This document shows, piece by piece, positions 11,835 through 22,995 of a DNA stretch of 64,000 bases; the first letter of the stretch is position 1; every line of letters begins with the position of its first letter. A program made the position numbers and the translations under genes. The DNA is taken from NCBI RefSeq assembly GCF_009834535.1, contig NC_045696.1, positions 118,794,001-118,858,000 of the forward strand. The letters are read 5' to 3'. The notes beneath the pieces were generated by a model. It was given only the letters and a program-made list of their open reading frames with translations, had not been told where the DNA came from and did not search any database. This DNA is from Camelus ferus. Lineage: Eukaryota.

Positions 11835-14560
11835 AGAAAGCAGATGGAATGGCTTTAGAAAACATTTGGTGGTCCCTCAAAAAATTAAACAAAGAGTTAC
11901 CATAAGACCCATCAATTCCACGTCTAGGTATATAGCCAACGAGAAAGGAAAATGAATGCCCAGATGAAAAAACTGCACACAGATGTTCACAGCAGCATTA
12001 CTCAGAATAGCCAAAAAGTGGCAAGACCCAACATGTCCATCAACTTCTGAGTGGACAAGCATGGTATATGCATCCAATGGAGTATTTCTCAAGCCATAAA
12101 AATCACGAAGTACTGACACTACATGCAACCACGTGGAGGAACCTTGAAAACATTCTGCTTAAGTGAAAAAAGCCAGTTGCAAAAGACTGCATATTGTATG
12201 ACTCCATTTATAGGAACGGTTGATTTCAAATTCAAAGGACAAAGTAAATGTGTAGTTGCCAGGGACCAGGAATGACTGCTAATAGGTACAGTGTTTCTTT
12301 TTGGGGAGATGAAAATGTTCTAGAATTCTTAGCCATAGCAATCAGAGAAGAAAAAGAAATAAAAGGAATCCAAATTGGAAGTGAAGAAGTAACTATACAT
12401 AGAAAACCCTAAAGAAGTGACCAGAAAACTACTAGAACTCATCAATGAATATGGTAAAGTTGCAGGATACCAAATTAATATACAGAAATCAGTTGCATTT
12501 CTATACACTAACAATGAAATAGCAGAAAGGGAAATTAAGGAAACAATACCATTTACCATTGTGCCAAAAAGAATACAGTACCTAGGAATAAACCTACCCA
12601 AGGAGGCAAAAGACCTGTATGCCAAAAACTATGACACTGATGAAGGAAATTGAAGATGACATAAACACATGGAAAGATATACCTTGTTCTTGGATTAGAA
12701 GAATCAATATTGTTAAAATGGCCATATTGGCCAAGGCAATTTACAGATTCAGTGCAGTCCCTATCAAGTTACCAACAACATTCTTCACAGAGAAGGAACA
12801 AAAAATGTTAAAATTTGTATGGAAACACAAAAGACCCTGAACAGCCAAAACAATCTTGAAAAAAGAAGAATGGAGCTGGGGAATCATGCTTCCTGACTTC
12901 AGACTATACTACAAAGCTACAGTACTAAAAACAGTATGGTACTCGCACAAAAATAGACACATAGATCAATAGAATAGGATAGAAAGTCCAGAAATAAACC
13001 CATGTACATGTGGTCAATTAATCTACAACAAAGGAGGTAAGAATATACAATGGAGAAAAGACATTCTCTTCAATAAGTGTTGCTGGGAAAGCTGGACAGC
13101 TACCTGTAAAAGACTGAAATTAGAACATTCTCTAACAACACGTACAAAAATAAACTCAAAATGGATTAAAGACCTAAATGTGAGACCAGATACTATAAAA
13201 CTCCTAGAGGAAAACACAGGCAGAACACTCACGGATGTACATTACAGCAATATATTTTTTGAACCAGCTCCTGGAGTATTGGAAATAAAAGCAAAAATAA
13301 ACAAATGGGATCTAATAAAACTTAAAAGCTTTTGCACAGCTAAGGAAATCATTAACAAAATGAAAAGACAACCTACAGAATGGGAGAAAATATTTGAAAT
13401 GATGTGACAAACAAGGGACTAATTTCCAAAATATACAAACAGCTCATACACCTTAATATCAAAAAAACAAGCAACCCAATCCAAAAATGGGCAAGACCTA
13501 AACAAGCAATTCTCCAATGAAGACATACAAATGGGCAATAGGCACATGAAAAAATGCTCAGCATCGTTAATTGTCAGAGAAATGCAGATCAAAACTACAA
13601 TGAGGTTATCACCTCACACCAGTCAGAATACCTATCATTGAAAAGTCTACAAATGATAGATGCTGGAGAGGGTGTGGAGAAAAGGGAACACACCTACACT
13701 GTTGGTGGGAGTGTAGATTGATGCAGCCACTATGGAAGACAGTATGGAGGCTCCTTAAAAAACTGAAAATAGTTTTGTGACCCAGCAATCCCACTCCTGG
13801 GCATATATCCGGAGAAAAATAAAATTCAAAAAGACACATGCACCCCAATGTTCATAGCAGCACTATTTACAATAGTCAAGATATGGAAACAACCCAAATG
13901 TCCACCAACAGATGACTGGATAAAGAAGACGTGGTACACATATACAATGGAACACTACTCAGCCATAAAAAAGAATAAAATAATGCTATTTGCAGCAATA
14001 TGGATGGACCTGAAGACTGTCATTCTAAGTGAAGTAGGTTGGAAAGAGAAAGAAAAATGCCATATGACATCATTTATATGAGGAATCTAAAAATAATAAC
14101 AACAATAATAAGGACCCAAATGAACTACTTATTATTTATAACTATTATTTCTTGAATATGTGTAAGCACATCTGACTGTCCTTTATGACTGGATTACCAC
14201 ATTCTGTTGATTCTTATTTTGTAGTTGGCTTTATTCCTTTGATAACTATGTAAGTTTGAAAAGCTAAAGCTCTAATCTGTTCTTAGAAACAATAATTAGT
14301 ACATATATGTAAACTAAAAAATGTGCAATATACTGTATATATGTATTTACATGCAATATAATGTGTACGTGCAGTCAAAATGTAACAATGCTACCTAACA
14401 AAACTGAAAAAGGAAAAAAAAAATGTTCCAGAATTAGACAGTGGTGATGGCTGCCAAAACTACGAATATACTAAATATACTAAAACCAACACTAAAAACC
14501 AATCAAGTGTACGCTTTAAAAGGGTGAATTTTATAGTATGGGAATCACATCCCAACAACA
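11835..14560 (+). mobile_element. Old L1MB-like 3' end (11835-12327 and 14420-14560), split by a younger L1
   Basis: GGGGAGATGAAAATGTTCTAGAATT resumes as AAAATGTTCCAGAATTAGACAGTGGTGATGG, a typical L1MB 3' UTR. Confidence 0.85.
12328..14419 (+). mobile_element. 5'-truncated younger L1: disrupted ORF2 (RT C-terminal part to ORF2 end) plus atypical 3' tail
   Basis: ORF fragments [39 protein letters not shown] and [19 protein letters not shown] are L1 ORF2. 16-bp TSD AAAATGTTC(T/C)AGAATT at 12312-12327 and 14420-14435. Confidence 0.95.
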
Positions 14561-15349
14561 ACAAAAAAGCACATTGGATAACTCTAATAAACAAAACGAG
14601 CCATAAAGCTCATGTTTATAACTTGAATTGGCTAACATAAATATGTGTGCCAATGGAATTTGGAATTTTAAGTGGACATGTTGATTAACTGTGATGACTT
14701 AGGTCATTCACATTAAAAAAAAAAAAAAACAAAAAACCCTGTATTCCGTAGATTTAAATTCCATATACATGAAATATAGCCGAATAAAATCTGAAATTCT
14801 GACCTAGAGGTATCTCCAATATCTAGTAGCCCAGTTCCTCCCAGTCACTGACTTACACTCAGCAACGCTGGTCATACACCAGCCTCCACCCCACGCTGGA
14901 AACAGCAGAGCCCCTTACAGAGCTGAGGGGGAAACCGACTGTCCCCGTTTTTGTGCCAATGACCCTGAACTGGCACAGACAGTCAGAGGTTGCCTGTAGG
15001 TTGTGGAAAAGACAGCTTGCTCATACTGACAGCTCCAGCGCCTAGAATGTTCACATCCTAGACTTCTTACATTTCACTCTTTTTGTTAAAGACGTTAAAT
15101 GACCTAAGATCATTTGTATTCATTTAAATACGAGGGAAAAAATAAAAAACTCGTCCTGACAGGTCCGACTGGAAGCGAGTAAACGAGACGGGTTCTAAAG
15201 AATGCGGTTTTTAGTACTTTCGGAGTAAGCCACAAAAACTAAGGCTGAGACCCCGGAAACTCTGCTGTAACTGCATTATTTCACTTAACTAAGGTCTAGA
15301 TAATTCAGTGAGTACAGATCTGCGCTCCAGAGTCTTCATCCAACAGCTT

Positions 15350-15530
15350 CTGTGTTTGTTCATTTGTTCTACAAATGTTTCTTGAGCACCTGTTGTGTGC
15401 TGGGCACCATGCCCGAGCTGAGGGAACCAAGGTGAATAAAACCAGAGACTGTCTCTGCACTAGAGGGTTCTTGGACCACTGGGCAAGACTGTCAGCCATC
15501 AAACAGTAAAATACACACATGAAAGTGTGC
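15350..15530 (-). mobile_element. L2 3' end
   Basis: TTCATTTGTTCTACAAATGTTTCTTGAGCACCTGTTGTGTGCTGGGCAC. Confidence 0.8.
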
Positions 15531-15921
15531 GATGAACACTAGCGATTTAGAAGGCAGGTAAATTCTAGGAAAGCTGAATCTTATAGAAACTGATGGGATT
15601 CTCCAAGACTTATCTTATTCACCTTCATGCAAGGGAGTCCTATTTTATTAAAATAAGGTATTAGACTTGAAATTTTTATTACTCTAACTTGGGAAAACCA
15701 ACTTGATCTGGATATGCTTACAGACTCTAGAGGGTTCCAGAAAGTATAGTATTAAGAAAAGCAAACTTTGACATATTGAATATAAAAGCAGCAAAGAGTA
15801 TATCCATTCACTTATTTCAATGAAAAAGATTCATCAAGAAAGGTTGCAAGTTGGATGCTAAATTAAACAGCTACAGTTTGAAGTTCACAGACGCCCATAA
15901 AACCAAAGTCAGATGGTAAGT

Positions 15922-17330
15922 GACATTCGTGAAAATAGTAGAGCAGGAAGCTCCCAAAGTCTGTTCCTCCACAGAAGCACCAAGGAAACTGGCAAAACTG
16001 TCTAAATCGACATTTCTGGAACTGTGGAAGCAACCAAAAGAAACCGAGGGATTAAATCAATAAAAAGCAGTGGAGACTCAGTAGAACAGTCAGCTTTGTG
16101 GCATTATAACTTGCCTTGGTCCCATCCTCCACTCCCAGCTCAGGGTCAGGGGGTCGGGGGCACCCTGAAGACAACAGCCCACATTCCCGGTCCAGACACC
16201 ATCACCAGAAGCAGCAGAACAAAGCTTCTTCGGAAAGACTTGTGGTTGTTTGTTCTGATCTGGTTGCTTGGCTCAGCTCAAAGGGCTTGGCTTAATCTCT
16301 CCTAATCTGAAACTCTTCCAGTGTTGAGGTGGGCTCCCTGGGGCTTTGGTCAGAAACACTTCAATGCAAGTATATCAGTTGCTGCTGCCTGGGGGCGATG
16401 GGTAACAGTTGAGGCAAATAACACGCTAATCAAGGCCGAGAGATGAGATGCTATGGCACATAAGGACTTTGAAAAGATCAGACACACTCCTGGGAAGCTG
16501 AAGCGCTAAGTACATGGAGAAAGCCTGGAAGAGCCCAAAACTCTCACCTCTGAGCAACATGCAGGTTCCGTGCAAGAAGGAAGTGAGGGCTACAGCAGAG
16601 CTGCACACGTCTGTCTCATCACCAGCTAATAAAATAAAGATAGCAGTGTCTACACACGACAAAGAATACAGACTTTATGAAATTAGTACAAAAAAAGCCA
16701 CTAAAGCCACAACCCTGGGGAGTGGAAGCTGATTTCCAGAATTGCCACATTATAGTGTTTAAAATCTCAACAACAAAAAATTATACAGCATGTAAAGAAA
16801 CAAGAAAGTATGGCCCATATATGAGGGGGAGAAGGCAATTAATAGACACTGTCCCTGCAGAGGCCTCACATTGGACTTACTATATAAAGACTTTAAATCT
16901 GTGATTTTAAGTACACTCTAAGAGCTAAAGGGAACTCTGTACAAAGAACCAAAGGAAATCATGAGAGTGGTGACTCATCAAATAGAGATGATCACTAAAT
17001 AGATAGAAATCTTTTTTTTCAAGGAGCCAAAATGAAATTCTGGATTCCAAAGCACTGTCATGGAAACGGAATTCCCACGAGAGGGGCTCACTAGCACATT
17101 CAAGCAGGTGGAAGAATCAGCAAAGCTGACACCAGGTCAACTGATACGGTCCAGTCTGAAGGGCAGGAGGAAATAAAAGTGCAGAAAACTGAACGGAGAC
17201 TAAGAGACGCTGGGTCACCACCAGTCACACAACGTGCACACAGTGAGAATCCCGGGACAAGAGGAAAGGGAAGAAGGACAGAAGGAATGGCTGAAGAAAC
17301 AATGGCCAACACCCCCCAGTGTGATGAAAA
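15922..17330 (+). mobile_element. Ancient L1M 5' UTR plus ORF1 remnant
   Basis: ORF1-like degenerate sequence (GACTTTAAA..AAGAGCTAAAGG..AAATGAAATTCTGGA..GAAGAATCAGCAA..GAAGAAACAATGGCC) preceded by an L1M 5'-end-like region. Confidence 0.75.
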
Positions 17331-20300
17331 GGAAGACCTGATGTTTACTTAAGGGCAAAGCTAACAGAAGCAGTCGTGTGACACCACTGAATCAAGCCCT
17401 ATGCCCCGGGTGTGTCTGACTCAGGAAGAGGGAGGCTTTGACAGAAGAGGGGAGTGGCCTGGGAGATGTCACAGCACCCAGGCCAAAGACCTCCCCAGGT
17501 GATCAGAGGAAGCAGCAGACAGAAATCCGGGCCTGCATCCCCACAGCCCAGCCTCTCCTACCGGCCTTCAGGCCCCTGGTCTCTGCACTCCTGGCCCTTT
17601 CGTAGCTGCGACCTGCTAAGGCCAGGGCCCGCCCCACCCCTCAGAGCCGGACTGCCCGAGGACTCCCGCAGACCCCCTGCTGGGCCCTGCCCACTGCTGA
17701 GTCCCCCGTGATGATTGAGGGCTGTCTTCTCCCTCTGACAAGGGCTGAGACACCCCCCACCAGGCTGCAGGGGTCTGAGCCCCCGTGGCTGCTTGGGGAG
17801 TCCAACACAAACCATATCCCAACCACTAGCTGGAGGAGCAGGGTGAGAGGTGAGCGTCTTTTGAGCACTTGTAATATTAACAGGTAGCAATCTCTGAAAC
17901 TTACTCCTAGAAAGAGGTTGTGATATTTTACGTATTTATTATAGAAGGGTTACTGTCTTCTCCAATCAACCCTTTTCTACTTTTTCAGCAGGTATCAATA
18001 GGGAGATCAGGGTTCCATATGAAACCTTGGCCTCCAGACGCTTTCTCTTTGTCCAAAGTATTAACTAATGGATGCCTTGATGGGGGAGGGGGGAGGGGAA
18101 AGGGAGAGACTGTCATTAATTAAACCCTGGACTCTGATTACTCCTTTCTGAGGTAGCATACTTAGCTGCCTCTAAAAGATTATTTTCCCCTGAAACATAC
18201 TATTTTCATTTTAATTACTGTGGGCTAAGAAAGGATTCTGTCCCCGTCCAAACATGGAATGTATCATTCCATAGCCTGTGCCAATTGTGAATTTTCTATT
18301 GAGAGAAATATACCCGCGGGAGAGATTCCAATAGCACCACACTTTCTAAGCTCTCTGTTCAACACATTGTACTATTAACAAATACAAGCAAAGGAAGATT
18401 AACTTCCCAAACGTGGCCCCAACCACAACTATATTTGGTGGAATTACAAGATCTTAGGAATGACTTTTTTTGACAAAGACAGCAACCTTTTGTGAGAGTT
18501 AAGAGAGAGAAGACATTAGCAAAGAAAGTTCCATCCAGTCAGAAAAGCATGAGAGACTTCAAATCTTTCAAGTTACCATTTCTAGACCATCTTTAAATCT
18601 CACGGTTGTTTTAAAGTTTTGAGGGGTGTTACATGCTTAAAATAGGTTCTGACTTAGCATTTCTATTCCAAACTCGAAATCGCAGTGCTGAATTCCAAAC
18701 ACTAAAATTCTGCTTGAATACGTTTTAACATAACCAAAACCGCACAGCCAAACTCTTCCAGTAGTTAAGATTCTGCTTCGCAGAAATTAATTTTAAAAGT
18801 TCATTGACTATGAAAAAGCACAAATTTTCCCCCACCTTGCCACAGATTCAAAATAGCTTTTGTTGCATCACATTCTTTACAAATAGCTGTGCGCAATTCT
18901 CTCTTTTGTTCTCCTGTTAAAAATATGTGTTAACTTAAGCAACGTACTCAAATCAAAGCATCTTCAACTTTTTTCCCACAGCTACCAGTTTCTTGGAGGA
19001 AATTCTTCCACATAGATATTAATTCAGATACTAATATCTTAAGATTTCCTGTGCCCTTATTTAAATAGACAGTAGGTCTGTTCGGACTCTTCATTAAATT
19101 CTTTCTTCGTAATTGCCTGATTAATAGGCAGAGGCCGTGGTAAAGACTGTGCTAAAACCACGTACACCTGTCCTCAGAAAACATTTTCTGCACTTGTACG
19201 CAAAAATGAACAGTGGTATTCCGGGAGTTTGGAGCCTTGTTCTTCCAAAGTCGTCAGTATTTGACTTCACCTTTGTCTAAAATGCAGGTGGCAGGGTGTC
19301 TCCTGCTTTCCTCGTCTACGTCCCCATCCGGCCTTTGAGGAATTCTGAAAGCGTGGTGAAACGGGATCTCCTCTTAGGGAAATCCAGATGCTGTTTCCCT
19401 CGAAAGATTGCTGTCAGCTCGCGAGCTCACTTAGAGATGTGTCATCAGCTTGCCAACATCAGGTGTGACAGTCACCAGGCCACAGTTCTCCATTAAGCAG
19501 GTACCTCGTCTTCCCAATACATCAGTCCCTTGACCTCTGGGTCACTTTACCCAAAGGGTTCTTACATGATACAGACAGATGGTCAAACATATAACAGGAA
19601 AACCTAATCTCCCTGCCGAATTATTTTAAAGAGAGATTCTCTACGAAGGTAAATTTATTCTGGAATTGTCCATTTTCATAAGATATGGGTAAAACAGCAG
19701 ACTAGCATCTCTCTACTGACCAGGTAGCAGGTATCTGTTGCTATGAACACATACCTAAAAAGCAGAGAACCTGACCCACTGCCCTTAGAGAAATTTAACA
19801 TACGGGTTAGATCCACAAATAAAATAAAAGATGTAATACTTAAAGATGCTTTTAAGTCAAAATGTTAATCACTTTTTTTTATGGCTTTGATCTGTTCTGT
19901 TCTTCTGAGTGAGATTCCTAATTCAAACTTTAATTAAAGGTGAGAGATCATTTTAATTGCAATTACCACACGAAATTTCTTCCAAACGGCAAGGACAACA
20001 GAAAACTATAAATGTGGCATAACCAAAAACTCATTTACAGATTATGCCTTGAGGATGAGGACTGAATATTCAAAATGTTGTGCTGTATTCTCATTTAGTA
20101 GTGGTTGAAATACAGCGGTTATCGATACAGTCACCTCCTACTTCTTCATAGTGTTTGAGGAACTGCGTGGCCTCTGGTTAAATGAGAAGCAAATCCATTT
20201 TTATTTGTTTCTGCTACAACACAGAAGTTGTTTTTTTTTTTTTTAAAGATAATAAAGGAACGAAACTACAAACAGTACCATTAACAAAACATTGTGGACG

Positions 20301-20769
20301 AGCTCTTTTAATTTGTTTAAAAGCACACAGGCTCCTTGCCTCATTGATCTTTTGTTGTTTTTGTTGTTTTGAGCCTCAAAAGCAGTGAGGAAAAAAGGCT
20401 GGGTTGGCAGCAGCATATTCAGGAAATGAAGCTTTTAGACAGAGGCTATACACGGGGGTGTGAGTTATTTTATAATTTGCCTGAATGAACTTTCTGTTGC
20501 TTTGCTAATTTTCACACCACAGTGTCCAGAAAATACCATTCTGGAGTCCATGGTCACAGGGTCTTTGCAATGAGGGTTCCCAGGAATGAAGACTTAAGAG
20601 CTGCTACCTGGCGTGCGTCCTCCTTACTCTGAGGGGAGCCCTTCCAGGAAGACAGCGCCCACCCAGCCTGACTCCCACAGCCGTCAGCCATGAAACCCCA
20701 CCGGACGGGCCACAGAATCGGTAACCTAAAGGGAGGTGAAACATTGAAGAGACAAACATATGGCTTAAA

Positions 20770-21330
20770 ATACCCAGAAAAATAGCCAAAAGGATAAACC
20801 CGATGAAAGAAAAAGGAAAGAAATAATAAGGAGAAAGGCAAAAGAGAAAAGCAGAAATGAATGAAACAGGGAAGGGATACAACAGAGCAATAGGGAAGGT
20901 CGACAAAGCCCCAAGCTGGTTTTTAAAAGAAAATTATTTGCATGATTGGATGACTTCATTCTGTTGATTCTTATTTTGTGGTTGGCTTTATTCCTTTGAC
21001 AACTATGTAAGTTTAAAAAGATAAAGATCTAATCTGTTCTTAGAAACAATAATTAGTACACATATGTAAGCTAAAAAAAGTGCAGTATACTGTATGTGTG
21101 TATTTACATGCAATATCATGTGTATGTGCAGTCGAAAAAAATTATTAAACTGATAAATCACAGGTAAGCTGGATCAAGGATAAAAAACAAATAAACAATA
21201 CTAGTAATGAAGAGAAAGACGTAACTACGGACGCAGGGGATTGTCAAAAGGTATGAGAATATGATAAATACTATGTCAACTAATTTGAAAACTTAGGCAA
21301 AAGGGACAAATTCCTAAAATCTTACAACCG
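20770..21330 (+). mobile_element. Old L1 ORF2 fragment, interrupted at 20939-21137
   Basis: CAAAGCCCCAAGCTGGTTTT...AAACTGATAAA...AATTTGAAAACTTAGGCAAAAGGGACAAATTCCTA. Confidence 0.75.
20939..21137 (+). mobile_element. Short retroposed element homologous to the 3' tail of the L1 at 14185-14376
   Basis: 192-bp ungapped match with about 17 mismatches by eye. TSD AAAATTATT at 20930-20938 and 21138-21146. Confidence 0.85.
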
Positions 21331-22499
21331 AACAGTACAAAAATAATGCAGGCCCGAGACGTCAAAGCAGTGACAAGTCCTTCTCCAAAGGCACGGTCAG
21401 AGCCCAGGAGGGCCAGGCAAGCCCTGGAAGCCCCACTGCACTCTCTCCTATCAAACGGTTATTTAGGAATCGAAATTCTGGCTCCAGAGGAGTGAATTCA
21501 GGTTTGGGGTTCAAAGGTACAAAACTCAACATCTGAACCAAAATATTTCACATCTAATTTATTATAATTTCTAAACGCTCAAAGGTAAGAACAATGTCCG
21601 CATCTTTTTGAACAACTGACAGTCCCGAGTTTCCCCACGGTATTTCTGTGTAACTTTTCTGCTTAAGTCAATACAAGTTTATAGATGTTGCCAAAAGTCA
21701 AGCGATAAGGATTCAATAACTTTGCGAAACTTGTCGGATTGACCCTTGTACCTCAATTTAATATTAACTCTGAGCTGCCACCTAATTGCCTTTCTCCGGT
21801 GCTATGTTAGTGCAAGAACAATAAATTCACAAGAGATCTCCACCCCTCACTTTCCAGATGAGAAAACGGAGGCCCTGCCAGCTCCAGTACGTCGGCCAGG
21901 TTGCTCCGTTAGCCCGTCTTTTTCCTCCAACACAAAGTCATGATGATTCTGTGTCTGTGGGACATCATTCCACCTCATCACCTCACTGGTAAGGTGACAC
22001 GAAGCTATTGCTAAAGGCCCAACGTGTATCCCTCTGGGGCAGGCTGTTTAGAACGAGCCCAGCAGACAGCGTTCAGGGGAGTTTTCACACGTCATCTAAA
22101 AAGGTTATTTTGCATACACAAAAATTGCCCGTTTTAACATTTCTCTCCCTCCACCCTCCTGGCTCCACAGCCTTGTTGACTGTAAAGTTCATGGTGACAA
22201 TCAGCTCCTCCTTTACAATGGTAACCTGGCAAAACCTCGTCGCCTTATTTCAGTCTCTCAGCTGGAGGGCATGAATGAATGCTGAGCTGAACGGTCCTCC
22301 TCTGACCCTGCAGTCACACAAAAGCTGTTTGTTAGCAACACGTATAGGTGAAAAGGCAGTTGACCAGAATTTTTTCAATATAATACTAAATGATGAGACC
22401 CTGGAATGATTCACATACGAAAAGAGAGATGTGGCATTATGGAATCGAAATGTCCAGATGCAGGTTCCCCTCTGCACGAGTCCTTCAGGTGACCGCCAC

Positions 22500-22995
22500 C
22501 ATGTCCCTCATGCTCCCCTCTCTGCTTGGTGTGAACCTGACACCCACCCCCTGCCCATCAAGAAGAGGGTCTCATTCCCTCTGCCTGAAGCTGGGCCCGC
22601 CAATGGTTCACTTGTAACCAAGAGAATGCAGCACAAGGGACTCTGTGTGACATCTGAGGCCCTGTCAGAGGAGACCATACAGCTTCCACCTGGTTCTTTG
22701 GGGGAGCTTGGCCTGGGGGACATTCAGCCACTTGTGGCCATCACGCAGGCACTCCGGTGGACAGTCCGCCGAGCCCCGCCTGCCCGTTACCCCACGAAGG
22801 GGCTCGACATCTGACGAGGAGGAGGCCGTCCTGGCCGGGCAGCCTCCAGCCTTGGCGCCAGTGGTTTGAGTCACCCAGCCCTCCCGACGTGTCCTGCCCA
22901 ATGTAATGACCCAAAGAATCCGTGATCAATAAAAAGGTGACTGTTCATGCCGCGGGGTTTAAGGTGGCTTGTTACACAGCTGCAGGAACCGGAAG
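22500..22995 (+). mobile_element. MLT1-family (ERVL-MaLR) solo LTR
   Basis: CCCATCAAGAAGAGGGTC...ACCAAGAGAATGCAGCA...CAGCTTCCACCTGG...GACCCAAAGAATCCGTGATCAATAAA...GTGGCTTGTTACACAGC. Confidence 0.8.

Noticed and set aside
12417..14081. Reverse-transcriptase-like ORFs as part of a novel RT system
   Set aside because: These are fragmented, 5'-truncated L1 ORF2 pieces lacking the catalytic motif.
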